The notes beneath the pieces are model-generated. The model worked only from the letters and a program-made list of their open reading frames with translations. It ran no database searches and was not told the origin of the DNA. Both the position numbers and the translations under genes were made by a program. This document shows, piece after piece, positions 34,950 through 45,456 of a stretch of DNA of 64,000 nucleotides; position 1 is the stretch's first letter; every line of letters begins with the position of its first letter. The stretch is from an uncultured delta proteobacterium (GTDB lineage Bacteria > Myxococcota_A > Polyangia > Fen-1088), in assembly GCA_963767925.1 (NCBI GenBank), contig CAVYGB010000008.1:288001-352000 (forward strand), written 5' to 3'.

Positions 34950-36596
34950 TCAGGCGGGCTGCTGATCGGGGTGGGGCAGGGGCAGCTCGGCCGTGGCGAG
35001 CGGGAAACGCACCGTGAAGCTGGCGCCCCCGCCCTCGGCGTCGCGGTAGTCGACCCTCCCGCCGTGCGCCAGGGCCAGGGTGCGCACCACCGCCAGCCCG
35101 AGCCCCAGCCCGCTGATCTCGGTGCTGCGGGCATGCCGGGAGAAGGGCAGGAAGATGCGGGTGCGATCGGCCGGGGCGATGCCCGGCCCGTGGTCGCGCA
35201 CGGTGAGGAGGGCGGCGTCGGGGGAGGAGGTCACCTCGACCTCGATCCGCCGGTCCGAGCAGCCGCGCGAGTACTTCTCGGCGTTGTCGACCAGGTTGCG
35301 CACCATCTGATGGACGGCGTCCTTGTCGAACCGCACGATCGGCAGGTCACACTCGATGCGCAGCACGAGCTCGGCCCCCATGCGCTCCACGATGGGCTGC
35401 ACGAGGGTGAGGGCCTCGCGCGCGGCCTGACCGATGTCGCCCGGGTCGGTGTGGATCCGCAGCAGCTTCTGATCGACCTGGGTGTAGCTGAAGACGTTGG
35501 AGACCAGACGGGTGAGCCGCTCCGCCTCGTCGGTGATCCGGGAGGCGTATTCGGTGACCCGCTTGGGGTTGCCGAGCGACAGCGCCAGCATCTCGCCGTG
35601 CAGCCGGATCCCGGCCAGCGGCGTGCGCAGCTCGTGGGCGGCGGCGGCGGCGAAGCGCGACCGCTCCTCGGCCAGCCGCTCGGAGCGGCGGATGAGCACC
35701 ACCAGGCAGAAGCCGGCCAGCATCGCGCCCAGCACGCCGCCGAAGTAGGACTGGTGGAACTGCCGGCTGAGCAGGGCGGCGCGCTTGACCGCCCGCTCGA
35801 GGCGGGGGCCTGGCTCGACCTGGATGTGCCAGGTGGCGCCGAGGATGGGCACCCGGGCGTCGGTCTCGCCGCGCGGCTCACCGGGCAGGAGCTGGGCGGG
35901 CGAGCCCAGCTCGAACAGCCAGTGTTGCAGCCCGTTGCCGTCCACCACGAAGCCCTGCACGAAGGTCTCGCCCGCGCTGAGCACCTGGCGGACCGCCATG
36001 AGGGCCGGCTGGTTCTCCCAGGAGCCGGTCTGCCAGCGGAAGGGGGTGACCTGGGCGGTCTGGTCCGGCTCGCGCTGCAGGTCGGAGGTGCCGGCGGGCG
36101 GCAAGGTCTCGCGGGCCGGGGCCGTGCTGGAGATGGGCGGGCTGCCGATGGAGGCGGGCAGCGTGGGCGAGCGGGAGGCGGCGGCGGAGGGGTCGGAGAA
36201 GTCGATGGCCTGCACGTCGATCGACCGCTCGGGGCTGGTGATGCGGCCCAGGTTGTCGAGCAGGAAGTGCGCGGTGATGAGCTTGTGGCGCTTGCCCCAG
36301 GCCAGCGGCGACCAGTGCACCCGGGGGTCGGCGCAGGCATCGCCGCGCGAGACGAACTGGCGCCAGTAGTGGAAGTAGGGCCGGTTGCTCTCGGAGTCGA
36401 GGAGCTCTTCCAGGCGGATGGCCAGGTGGGCGGCCATCCGCTCGGCCGACGAGGAGGACTCGTGCCGGGCGACCTCGAGGAGCTGCTCGGCCTCCCGGGT
36501 GAGCTGGCGGGCGCCGAGCAGGTACCAGGCCCCGGCCGGGATGAGGACTGCCGCGGCGGTGAGGGCAAACGCCCAGCGGGTGTGGAAGCGCTTCAC
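34950..36596 (-). CDS. Membrane sensor histidine kinase with periplasmic domain
   Basis: Two TM helices flank an extracytoplasmic region. AHELRTPL, NLVDNAEKY, DHGPGI and GLGLGL. Confidence 0.9.
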   Translation of the reverse strand: MKRFHTRWAFALTAAAVLIPAGAWYLLGARQLTREAEQLLEVARHESSSSAERMAAHLAIRLEELLDSESNRPYFHYWRQFVSRGDACADPRVHWSPLAWGKRHKLITAHFLLDNLGRITSPERSIDVQAIDFSDPSAAASRSPTLPASIGSPPISSTAPARETLPPAGTSDLQREPDQTAQVTPFRWQTGSWENQPALMAVRQVLSAGETFVQGFVVDGNGLQHWLFELGSPAQLLPGEPRGETDARVPILGATWHIQVEPGPRLERAVKRAALLSRQFHQSYFGGVLGAMLAGFCLVVLIRRSERLAEERSRFAAAAAHELRTPLAGIRLHGEMLALSLGNPKRVTEYASRITDEAERLTRLVSNVFSYTQVDQKLLRIHTDPGDIGQAAREALTLVQPIVERMGAELVLRIECDLPIVRFDKDAVHQMVRNLVDNAEKYSRGCSDRRIEVEVTSSPDAALLTVRDHGPGIAPADRTRIFLPFSRHARSTEISGLGLGLAVVRTLALAHGGRVDYRDAEGGGASFTVRFPLATAELPLPHPDQQPA

Positions 36597-37279
36597 CGGG
36601 CCCCCCAGGCGTACCCCACGCCCTTGACCGTGCTGACGATGCGGGGCACGGACGGGTCGCGCTCGATCTTCTGGCGCAGGTTAGCGATCGTCATGTCGAC
36701 GGTGCGGGTCTGCAGGTTCGAGGAGGCGCCCCAGGCCTTCTCGAGCAGCTCGCCCCGGGTCATGGCCCGTACCCGGTTCTGGAACAGGAGGCGCAGGATC
36801 CGGACCTCACGGGCGGTGAGCGGCACCGCCTGGCCCTCGCGACAGGCGGTGCAACGCCCGAGATCGAGGACGCAGCCGTCGATCTCGACCTGTTCGGGCG
36901 GAGGGGTGGGGCTGTCGCGCCGGAAGCGTCGGCCCAGGGCCTCGATGCGGGCGAGGAGCTCGCGGGCGGCGAAGGGTTTGGTGACGTAGTCGTCGGCGCC
37001 GGTGCTCAGCCCCGCGACCTTGTCGTCCTCCAGCGCCCGGGCGGTGAGCATGAGGATGAGCAGCTCGGGGCGGGCCATGCGCAACCGGCGGCAGACCTCC
37101 AGCCCGTCGAGCCCGGGGAGGGCCAGATCGAGCAGCACGAGATCGATCTCCGGCGACACGCCGCGAGCGACGGCTTCCAGGCCATTTTCTACCGGCTCGA
37201 CCAGGTGCCCGGCCCCTTCGAGAAGGTCGCCTAGCCCGTGCCGAAGCGTCGGCTCGTCTTCCACAAGAAGGACTCGCAC
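36593..37279 (-). CDS. OmpR/PhoB family response regulator
   Basis: VLLVEDE, LDLALPGLDG, GADDYVTKPF, RTVDMTIANLRQKIE and TVKGVGY. Overlaps the kinase start by 4 bp. Confidence 0.93.
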   Translation of the reverse strand: MRVLLVEDEPTLRHGLGDLLEGAGHLVEPVENGLEAVARGVSPEIDLVLLDLALPGLDGLEVCRRLRMARPELLILMLTARALEDDKVAGLSTGADDYVTKPFAARELLARIEALGRRFRRDSPTPPPEQVEIDGCVLDLGRCTACREGQAVPLTAREVRILRLLFQNRVRAMTRGELLEKAWGASSNLQTRTVDMTIANLRQKIERDPSVPRIVSTVKGVGYAWGAR

Positions 37280-37339
37280 GGCGTTTCCGTTGCTGGGGAA
37301 GGCTATCAGCTTCCACGCGTCGGCGACATGTCGGGCCGC

Positions 37340-37357
37340 GGTAAAAGGTGGGTAAAA
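37340..37357. promoter_or_regulatory. Candidate OmpR-type binding site (GGTAAAA direct repeat, 11-bp period)
   Basis: GGTAAAA at 37340-37346 and 37351-37357, in the divergent intergenic region upstream of the regulator. Confidence 0.45.
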
Positions 37358-37478
37358 CACCCGATCTCGCCGTTCATGGCACGGCGCGGGCGTTCCGACC
37401 TTCGGGTTAATGTGCCGCCGGCCCGAGGGGGGAGGTCGGGGTCTCGGAAGGCGACGGGCTACAGACCAGGAGGTCGAC

Positions 37479-38660
37479 ATGACCATGAGGCATCTCAAGT
37501 GGGCGGCATTCGCGGCGGTAACGCTGGTGGCCGTTCCCTCCATCGCGGCCGAGGACCTCGGGCGCTGGCGCTACTACCGGACCCTCAAGCTGGACACCAC
37601 AGCCAAGGGCGCCAACGTCAAGCGGGACGTCAAATCCTTTCCGGTCGCGGTGCTCCTCAACGCCAGCAACTTCGACTTCACCCAGGCCAAGTCGGACGGC
37701 TCGGACCTGCGCTTCAGCAAGACCAGCAAGGGCGAGCCGATCCCCCACGCCCTCGAGTACTGGGACAAGGCGGGGCAGACGGCGGCGCTGTGGGTCAAGC
37801 TCGACGTGGTCGAGGGCAACAGCCGGGCCCAGTCCTTCATCATGCACTGGGGCAACGCCGAGGCTGCCGACGCCGGGGACGCCAGGGTCGTGTTCGAGGT
37901 CAAGGAGGGCTTCGTGGGCGTCTACCACCTCAACGAGGAGGGGAACGTGGCCGAGGGCGGCTACAAGGACGCCACCGCCAACGAGGCGCATATGACCGGG
38001 ATCAACCTCAAGTCCGGCGCCCGCGTCGACGGCCGGGTGGGCAAGGGCTTGCTGCTGACCTACGGCCAGGTCCAGTGGGTCAAGCTCGACCACCCCCGCA
38101 AGAAGCGCCTCTTCGATCTGACAACGAAGGGGACGTTCTCCATCTGGGCTCGGGCCAGCAGCTACCAGAACAAGGGGAACAAGGAGATCCGGGCCCTGCC
38201 GGGCTACGAGACCATGTTCGCCAAGGGGGACAACTCCTGGCGCCTGCAGAAGTTCGGCGTCCGCGACTGGCACAAGCCGCCGAGCGATCTGATCGAGATG
38301 TGCGTCGAGCAGCCGCCCAGCGCCGACCTCTGCGTGGTGGGCAAGACCGACCTGGTCACGGGGCAGTGGTTCCAGGTTGTCGCGGTCCACGACTTCCCGA
38401 AGGCCAAGCTGTACGTCAACGGCGTGCTCGAGAAGGAGTCCACCTTCGACGTCAACTGGATCTCCGGCGACCACCCGGTGGGCATCGGCAACCAGTCGCA
38501 GTTCCCCGAGAAGGGCCGGCAGTGGGACGGGATCCTCGACGAGGCCCGGGCCCTCAACGTCGCCAAGGACGATCACTGGATCAAGCTCGACTTCGAGAGC
38601 CAGCGCGAGGGGAGCAAGCTCCTCTCGCACGGCAAGACTCTCGAGCGCACCTCTTCGTGA
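37479..38660 (+). CDS. Secreted DUF2341 plus LamG-like jellyroll protein
   Basis: AGGAGG RBS and a signal peptide. FPVAVLL...AKSDGSDLRF...LEYWD...LWVK, VGVYHLNE, KLYVNG and WDGILDEAR...WIKL. Confidence 0.75.
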   Translation: MTMRHLKWAAFAAVTLVAVPSIAAEDLGRWRYYRTLKLDTTAKGANVKRDVKSFPVAVLLNASNFDFTQAKSDGSDLRFSKTSKGEPIPHALEYWDKAGQTAALWVKLDVVEGNSRAQSFIMHWGNAEAADAGDARVVFEVKEGFVGVYHLNEEGNVAEGGYKDATANEAHMTGINLKSGARVDGRVGKGLLLTYGQVQWVKLDHPRKKRLFDLTTKGTFSIWARASSYQNKGNKEIRALPGYETMFAKGDNSWRLQKFGVRDWHKPPSDLIEMCVEQPPSADLCVVGKTDLVTGQWFQVVAVHDFPKAKLYVNGVLEKESTFDVNWISGDHPVGIGNQSQFPEKGRQWDGILDEARALNVAKDDHWIKLDFESQREGSKLLSHGKTLERTSS

Positions 38661-38753
38661 CGGCGACACCCAGGCCAACCGTCTGGTCCTGGGCGACCTA
38701 CCGGTCGCCCTTCAAACCGAGAGGGATCTGAACATTTTCAAGGGGGCTCCTCC

Positions 38754-39986
38754 GTGCGCAACCGCGTTTCGCTTTCCACCGTCCTTTCTGTCTCGCCGCT
38801 CCTGGTCCTCGCCACCCTCGCCGTCTCGCAGCCCGGGTGTGGATCCCGGGGGAAGTCGGCGGGCACCTCCGTCCAGTTCGCCAAGCGGCAGCTCTTCGTG
38901 AACCCGTACGAGAGCACGGCGGTGGCCGACCTGAACAAGGACGGGCACGTCGACATCGTCTATGGCGCGCACTGGTTCGCGGGGCCGGACTTCGTGCCCC
39001 GGGCCTTCCGCCCCAACCACGTGGCGGGCGAATACATGCGGGCCAACAGCGATCACGTCCTCGACGTCGACAAGGACGGCTGGCCCGACATCATCGCCGG
39101 CGGCTGGGGCGAAGACGGGATCTACTGGTACAAGAACCCGGGCAAGGGGCCGGAGGAGCGCAACGCCCCCTGGGAGATGCACCAGCCCTGGAAGGCGCAC
39201 CTGCTGGCCAAGACCCGGGGGAGCATGGAGATGTTCGCCCTGCACGACTTCGACGGCGACGGCGTCCCCGAGCTGTATTCCGCCTGCTACCGCAAGAAGG
39301 AGCCGCTCGAGATCTGGCGCTGGAGCAAGGCCGAAGACGGCTCGCCCGCGCTCACCCCGTTCGTGCTGGGCGCCGAGGGCGGGGGGCACGGGTTCGCCTT
39401 CGGCGACGTCAACGGCGACGGCCGCGAGGACGTGCTGACCGAGGTCGGCTGGTACGAGCGGCCGGCCGGGGACCCCTGGGCCGGCCCCTGGAAACACCAC
39501 CCGGAGACGGCGTTGCCCCACCCGAGCTGCCCCTTCGTGGTCAAGGACCTCAACGGGGACGGGCGCCTCGACATCATCTTCGGGCGTGGTCACGACGTGG
39601 GCCTCTACTGGTGGGAGCAGCAGGCCCCGTCGGCCGACGGCACAACGGTCTGGAAGAGACACGTGATCGACGAGTCCTGGTCGCAGGCCCACGCCTTGCG
39701 GCTGGCCGATCTTGACGGGGACGGCGAGCCCGAGCTGGTGGCGGGCAAGTGCATCTGGGCCCACAACGGCGGCGATCCCGGGGCCCGCGAGCCACCGGCC
39801 ATTTACTACTACAAGTGGGATCGCTCGGCGGGCACGTTCACCCGCCACACCATCGCCGCGGTGGGGGAGAACATCGCCCTCGGCCGGCAATACGACGTGG
39901 TCGACTTGAACCAGGACGGCCGCATGGACATCACGGCCCCCAGCAAGCTCGGCCTCTGGGTGCTGATCAACCAGGGCGTCAAGTAA
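38754..39986 (+). CDS. Secreted FG-GAP/VCBS repeat beta-propeller protein
   Basis: Seven DxxxDG repeats (DLNKDG, DVDKDG, DFDGDG, DVNGDG, DLNGDG, DLDGDG, DLNQDG) after an N-terminal signal with a Cys. Confidence 0.85.
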   Translation: MRNRVSLSTVLSVSPLLVLATLAVSQPGCGSRGKSAGTSVQFAKRQLFVNPYESTAVADLNKDGHVDIVYGAHWFAGPDFVPRAFRPNHVAGEYMRANSDHVLDVDKDGWPDIIAGGWGEDGIYWYKNPGKGPEERNAPWEMHQPWKAHLLAKTRGSMEMFALHDFDGDGVPELYSACYRKKEPLEIWRWSKAEDGSPALTPFVLGAEGGGHGFAFGDVNGDGREDVLTEVGWYERPAGDPWAGPWKHHPETALPHPSCPFVVKDLNGDGRLDIIFGRGHDVGLYWWEQQAPSADGTTVWKRHVIDESWSQAHALRLADLDGDGEPELVAGKCIWAHNGGDPGAREPPAIYYYKWDRSAGTFTRHTIAAVGENIALGRQYDVVDLNQDGRMDITAPSKLGLWVLINQGVK

Positions 39987-40362
39987 CCCGGGCCAGGCCC
40001 AGGTAGACGTCGAGCCGGCGCACCCCCCCGCCGGCGCCGAGGATCTGGGCGCTGGTCTCGCGATCCAGCGTCAGGCCCTCCTGGCTGCGGATGGAGCCGT
40101 CGTCGAGGATGACGGTGATGAAGGGGGGACCCCCGCGGTGGGCCACCACGAGGACGTCGGCCACCGTGAAGGCCAGCGTGCCGGCCGCCAGGTCGACCTG
40201 CCGCCGTGCGCCCTGGCGGTCGACGTAGTCGAACGTGCCGGAGGGCGGGCGAATCGGTCCCGGACCGACGAACACCGGATCGAAAACGATTCGATCGTCG
40301 GTTACCAGGACCACAAGTCCGTCGACGCGCGAGATGATGCCTGTCTTCAGATGAGCGGCCAT
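39979..40362 (-). CDS. Hypothetical protein (127 aa)
   Basis: Globular-looking beta-rich sequence with GC3-biased codons from ATG 40362. No recognised motif. Confidence 0.5.
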   Translation of the reverse strand: MAAHLKTGIISRVDGLVVLVTDDRIVFDPVFVGPGPIRPPSGTFDYVDRQGARRQVDLAAGTLAFTVADVLVVAHRGGPPFITVILDDGSIRSQEGLTLDRETSAQILGAGGGVRRLDVYLGLARVT

Positions 40363-40575
40363 GTCGAAAAGGCGTCCCCCCGGGGCCAACCTGCTGCCAG
40401 GGGGCGAACACCTCTGCTGGGGTGAGGGGACGCCTCGGCCCGAAATTGCGCTCTCCCGCAGTGCCTTTTCTTTGTTGTGGTCGTAGGTGTGCCCAGGGAA
40501 TGCCGCGATACCGATTGCAGGGGCCGGTGTTCTTGCTACGTCGTCGGCCGGCGGCAACCAACCGGAGGAACACCC

Positions 40576-41990
40576 ATGATCAAGCGGATATCGAGTGGAG
40601 CCGTCCTGGCTATGGCCATCGCCCTGACCGCCGGGGCCTGCGACCAGATGGGGCCAACCGGGCCCGAGCGAGCGAACCAGCCGCAGCCGCCCCAGCCCGC
40701 CGGGGCCCGGCCGCCCCAGCCCACCGGGGCCGGGTCGGCCCGACCGGTGATCGCCGCCGACGCGGCCGAGCTGTTCAAGGTCCCTCTGGGGGAGTCGGCC
40801 GGGCGGGGGGAGACAGCGCCAAGGTCACCCTGGTGGCTTTCAGCGAGTTCCAGTGCCCCTTCTGCGCCAGGGTGCTCCCCACCCTGGACGAGCTGGCGCG
40901 CAGCTATGGCGACGATCTGCGCATCGTTTTCAAGCACCGGCCGCTGGCCTTTCACGAGCGGGCTCTGCCGGCGGCCCTCGCCGCCGAGGCGGCCGGTGAG
41001 CAGGGCCGGTTCTGGCAAATGCACGACCGGATGTTCGCCAACCAGCAGGCGCTGGACCCGGCCTCGCTGGAGAAATACGCGACGGAGATCGGGCTCGACG
41101 TCCCGCGCTGGAAGGCCGCCCTGGAGAGCACGAAGATCCGGGCCCGGGTCGACGCCGACATCAAGCTGGCCGAGCAGCTCGCGGTCAACGGGACGCCGAG
41201 CTTCTTCCTCAACGGGCGGTTGCTGATTGGCGCCCAGCCGCTGGCCCGCTTCAAGGCGCTCGTCGACGAGGAGCTGGTCCGGGCCGACCGGAAGCTGGCC
41301 GCCGGCGTCTCCCGGGCGGCGCTCTACGCCGAGCTGACCCGGGGTGGGCTGGAGAAGCGAGAGGGTGGGGACCCGGGCCGTCGGGCCGGCGCCGGAGGGC
41401 CAAGCTGCCCCTCGGGGGCATGTCCGGGCGGGGGCCGGGCCAATCCGTCGGAGGGGGACAGCAAGATCTACAAGGTCGACCCGGGCCAGTCGCCCGGGCG
41501 GGGGCCCCGGACGGCCGCCGTCACCGTCGTGCTGTTCTCGGAGTTCCAGTGCCCGTTCTGCAAGAAGATCGCCCCCACCCTCGCGGCCCTGGAGAAGGAG
41601 CTCCCGGGCAAGGTGCGGGTGATCTGGAAGAACTTCCCCCTGGATTTCCACGAGCAGGCCCGGGGCGCCGCCCTGGCGGCGCACGCGGCGGGGCAGCAGG
41701 GCAAGTTCTGGGAGATGCACGACAAGCTGCTGGAGAACCAGACCGCCCTGCTGCCCGCCGACCTGGAGAGATACGCCGGCGAGCTGTCGCTGGATCTGCC
41801 CCGCTGGAAGGCGGCGCTGGCCAGCCCGGAGATCGCCGGGATCGTCGAGGCCGACCTGAAGCAGGGTCAGGAGCTGGGGGTCAACGGAACGCCCTGCATG
41901 TTCATCAACGGGCGCAAGGTCTCGGGGGCCCAGCCCCTCGACCAGCTCAAGCCGATCGTCGAGCAGGAGCTCGCCAGGAAGACGCGGTAG
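40576..41990 (+). CDS. Tandem DsbA/thioredoxin-domain lipoprotein; frameshift near 40805
   Basis: GGAGG RBS and lipoprotein-type signal (AGAC). Two domains, each with FSEFQCPFC, FWxMHD and VNGTP. Confidence 0.88.
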
Positions 41991-41997
41991 CGGGGCG

Positions 41998-42025
41998 GGC
42001 GGGCGGGGTTCAGGCCCCGCCCGCC
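41998..42025. terminator. GC-rich hairpin between convergent genes
   Basis: 11-bp stem GGCGGGCGGGG / CCCCGCCCGCC with a 6-nt loop. No U tract. Confidence 0.35.
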
Positions 42026-43593
42026 GGGGCGTCGCAGGAGCGGGTGGTGACGTTGCGGCGGACGATGGCCTTCCAGCGTTCGCGGGTGAAGAGCGGGCCC
42101 CGGGTGATCAGCCAGATGTCCGAGACCAGGTCGCGCACGCAGGGGTCTTCGACGAGGTTCTTGCCCTGCTCCACGCTCTGGAGGTAACCGGTGGGGAGGG
42201 TGCGGCCCATGTGCCCGGGGCGCCAGCCGACCTTGGCGTCGAAGCGGATCCGGGCCAGCACGGGTTCGGTGAGGGCGAAGGGGTCCAGGATGTGCACGCC
42301 GGGACCGGAGGCGAAGCCGCCCATCCCCACCAGGGGACTGACAACCACCCGCTGCTTGCCGGCCTTCTGCTTGAGACCGTCCTGGTAGTAGGCGTGGGTC
42401 TTGTACTTCTTGATGCGGGTGTTCTGGGCGATCCCGGTGTGCTCGACGTAGCAGGCCCGCTCGTCGACGATGCCCGAGGGGGGGACCGGGCAGTGGTTGG
42501 CTATGTCGGTGGGCAGGGGGGCCAGCAGGCGCTGGCCGGCGAAGAGGGCGACCATGGCCAGGGCCAGCGCGCCCCGGGGGTGCAGGTGGACGGTCACCGA
42601 GAGGAGGAGCACGGCGAGCAGGAACGGCGCTGTGAGGAACCGTCCGGACATGAAGTCTCCCCCCACCCAGCAGACGTAGAGGACGTAGCTGCCGATGCCG
42701 GCCGCGTAGGCCAGGGCGATGCGAGAGCGGGGACGCGCCCAGATCGCCCCCATGACGGCCATGGCCAGGGTGGGCAGGACCAGCAGGTCGGTGAGCAGGC
42801 TGTCGAGGAGGTAAGACAGGCCCTGCGCCAGCAGGCTGCTGCGGGCGATGGCCACGTTGAGCTTGGCGTAGGCGGTGTTGGGATAGGCGAACCCGTAGTA
42901 GACGAGGGCAAAGCCCAGCCAGAGCGCCAGGGGCGCCAGGCCGAGGAGCACCCGGCGCAAGGCCACCCGGCGGGGCTCGATCAGGCTGAGCAGCAAGATG
43001 GGCACGACGAGCAGGGCGTGATCCATCCGGTTGAGGATCACGAGGGAGCCGAGCAGCCACAGCCGGCCCATGGCCAGGGGCTCCTTGATCGAGGTGGCGA
43101 AGAACAGCACCAGCAGCAGGTGGGCGAGGGGATTTTCCAGGCCGCTGGTCGAGAAGCTCACGAAGGCGAAGGAGGTCGACAGCAGAAGCAGGGTCCAGAC
43201 CGCTGGCCACCCCCCTTGATGGAGGCGCCAGATGGCGACGGCGGTGGCCAGGCAGCAGACCAGGCTGAGGACGATGGCCGAGCCGTAGATGTCGTCGGTC
43301 AGCCAGAAGGGACCGGCCACCAGCAGGGTCCACAGGGGGTTGGTGAAGGCCTGCACCCGCTCGCCCGGGTTGGACAGCAGGCCATTGCCCGTGACGAGGT
43401 TGGCCGCCGCCCGGAAGCTGATGAACGAGTCGTCGGAGGTCCAGCCAAAACGGGTGACGATGCCGAGGAACAGCAGCGCGGCGATGGTCGCCGCGGTGGT
43501 GGCGGTCGACTGCTTCTCCGCGAAGTTCACCACGGGAAAGGCAGCGCTCTTGCGGCGAGCCTCGGTGCCGCGCGTGGGAGGGGGCGAGCTCAT
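42010..43593 (-). CDS. Polytopic GT-C glycosyltransferase, arabinofuranosyltransferase AftB-like
   Basis: SDDSFISFRAAANL...G.GL..NPGERVQAFTNPLW, SGLE, RMD, YYGFAYPNTAYAK, GGDFMSGRF and RPGH. Confidence 0.75.
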   Translation of the reverse strand: MSSPPPTRGTEARRKSAAFPVVNFAEKQSTATTAATIAALLFLGIVTRFGWTSDDSFISFRAAANLVTGNGLLSNPGERVQAFTNPLWTLLVAGPFWLTDDIYGSAIVLSLVCCLATAVAIWRLHQGGWPAVWTLLLLSTSFAFVSFSTSGLENPLAHLLLVLFFATSIKEPLAMGRLWLLGSLVILNRMDHALLVVPILLLSLIEPRRVALRRVLLGLAPLALWLGFALVYYGFAYPNTAYAKLNVAIARSSLLAQGLSYLLDSLLTDLLVLPTLAMAVMGAIWARPRSRIALAYAAGIGSYVLYVCWVGGDFMSGRFLTAPFLLAVLLLSVTVHLHPRGALALAMVALFAGQRLLAPLPTDIANHCPVPPSGIVDERACYVEHTGIAQNTRIKKYKTHAYYQDGLKQKAGKQRVVVSPLVGMGGFASGPGVHILDPFALTEPVLARIRFDAKVGWRPGHMGRTLPTGYLQSVEQGKNLVEDPCVRDLVSDIWLITRGPLFTRERWKAIVRRNVTTRSCDAPAGGA

Positions 43594-43698
43594 GGGTGGA
43601 CCCTAGCACCGCTCGCCGCGGCGGAGCTTTTCGAGTCGAGGCTGGAATCAGCGCTGGCCGGACGGGCGCAGGCAGGTCGATGCCGTACGAATCAGCCG

Positions 43699-44622
43699 CT
43701 ATCGCTGTCCCGAGGCCAGCAGGTAGGGGCCGGGCTGGGCGGCCTCCTTCGCCCCGGGCTGATCCTGCTCGTGGAGCTGGCTGTTGAGGAAGGCGATCAG
43801 CGCCTCGCGCAGCTCGTAGTAGCGGGGATGATCCATCACCTCGGCCCGGTCCCGGGGGCGGGGGAAGGGCACCTCCAGGATGGCGCCCAGCCGGGCCCGG
43901 GGACCGCTCGTCATCATGGCCACCCGATCCGAGAGGAAGAGCGCCTCGTCCACGTCGTGGGTCACCATGAGGGCCGTCTTGCGGTCCCGTCCCCACAGCT
44001 CGATCAGCACCTGCTGCAGCTCGAACCGGGTGAGCGAGTCGAGCATCCCGAACGGCTCGTCGAGCAGCAACACCTTCGGCTGCAGGGCGAAGGCCCGGGC
44101 GATGCCGACCCGCTGGCGCATGCCCGCCGACAGCTCGTTCGGGCGCTTGTGCAGGCAATCGCCGAGCCCCACCAGGGTCAGGTAGTGCTCGACGATCTCC
44201 AGGCGCTTGCGGCGGGACAGATCGCCGAAGACCTGGGCCACGCCGAGCAGGACGTTCTCGGCGGCGGTCATCCAGGGCAACAGGCACGGCGACTGGAACA
44301 CAACCCCCCGATCCGGGCCGGCCTCGAGGACCTCCCGCCCGTCGAGCAGCACGCCGCCCAGGCTGGCCTCCGACAGCCCGGCGGCGATCGACAGGACGGT
44401 GGACTTGCCGCAGCCCGAGTGTCCGATCAGGCAGACGAACTCCCCCCGGGCGATGGCGAGATCGAAGTCCTCGACAACCGGCGCTTCGAGGGCCCCGGGG
44501 AAGCGCTTGGAGAGGCGGGAGAACTCCAGGTAACGGGCGTCCGCGGCGGGGTCGCGGGGGCCGGTGCGGCTGGCCGGGTTCGGTCTGTCGCCGACGGCCG
44601 CCAGCCGGTTTTGCGCGCTCAT
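43699..44622 (-). CDS. nrtD: Nitrate/cyanate-type ABC transporter ATP-binding protein
   Basis: [44 protein letters not shown] and FPRPR. Confidence 0.85.
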   Translation of the reverse strand: MSAQNRLAAVGDRPNPASRTGPRDPAADARYLEFSRLSKRFPGALEAPVVEDFDLAIARGEFVCLIGHSGCGKSTVLSIAAGLSEASLGGVLLDGREVLEAGPDRGVVFQSPCLLPWMTAAENVLLGVAQVFGDLSRRKRLEIVEHYLTLVGLGDCLHKRPNELSAGMRQRVGIARAFALQPKVLLLDEPFGMLDSLTRFELQQVLIELWGRDRKTALMVTHDVDEALFLSDRVAMMTSGPRARLGAILEVPFPRPRDRAEVMDHPRYYELREALIAFLNSQLHEQDQPGAKEAAQPGPYLLASGQR

Positions 44623-45455
44623 GCCGCGGCCTCCGACGCGCGGGCCGGGGTGGGCGCGGCCCGCTCGGCCGCCCGCGCTTGCCGGCTGCCCGGGCCGAGC
44701 AGGTAGCCCAGCACCTCGTTCCGGACCGCGCGGAAGCGGGGATCTCGCCCCAGCGCCTTGCGGTCCCGGGGGCGGGGCAGGTTCACCCGCACCTCCGGGC
44801 CCAGGGTGGCGGCCGGGCCGGCGCTCAGCGGCACGATCCGGTCGGCCAGCAGGATGGCCTCGTCGACGTCGTTGGTGATGAGGAGGATGGTCTTGCGCTC
44901 GCTGCGGAAGATCCGCTCGATCTCGTCCTGCAGGGTGGCCCGGGTCAAGGCATCGAGCGCGCCCAGCGGCTCGTCGAGCAGCATCACCCGGGGGTTCATG
45001 GCCAGGGCCCGGGCCACCGCCACCCGCTGGCGCATGCCGCCCGACAGCTCGTGGGGCCGCTTGTCCCCGGCGTGCCCCAGCTTCACCAGATCGAGGAACT
45101 TCTCGGTCCAGGCCCGCTTCTCGGCGGCCGACCAGCCGCCGTGGACCTGGTCGACGGCCAGATGGACGTTCTCGTAGGCGGTGAGCCAGGGCAGGAGCGA
45201 GTAGTTCTGGAACACCACCCCCCGCTCGGGGCCCGGGCCGGTGATGGGGCGGCCCTCCAGGGTGATGGTCCCGGCGTCGGGAGCCTGCAGCCCCGCCACC
45301 ATCGAGATGAGCGTGGTCTTGCCAGCCCCGGAGTAGCCCACGACCGCCACGAACTCTCCTTCCTCGACGGTGAGGCTTAGGTCGGTCAGCACCTCGCTGC
45401 GGGTCTTGCCCGCGCCGTATCCTTTGCTGACCCGGTCGAGAACCAGGAAGGCCAT
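44619..45455 (-). CDS. nrtC: Nitrate/cyanate-type ABC transporter ATP-binding protein
   Basis: [27 protein letters not shown] and LDEPLGALD. The H-loop reads ITND. Confidence 0.82.
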   Translation of the reverse strand: MAFLVLDRVSKGYGAGKTRSEVLTDLSLTVEEGEFVAVVGYSGAGKTTLISMVAGLQAPDAGTITLEGRPITGPGPERGVVFQNYSLLPWLTAYENVHLAVDQVHGGWSAAEKRAWTEKFLDLVKLGHAGDKRPHELSGGMRQRVAVARALAMNPRVMLLDEPLGALDALTRATLQDEIERIFRSERKTILLITNDVDEAILLADRIVPLSAGPAATLGPEVRVNLPRPRDRKALGRDPRFRAVRNEVLGYLLGPGSRQARAAERAAPTPARASEAAA

Positions 45456-45456
45456 G

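Noticed and set aside
37377..37391. Sigma-54 promoter TGGCACG-N4-GGGC upstream of the DUF2341 gene
   Set aside because: The -24 element is good but -12 lacks TT, so a chance match is plausible at this GC content.
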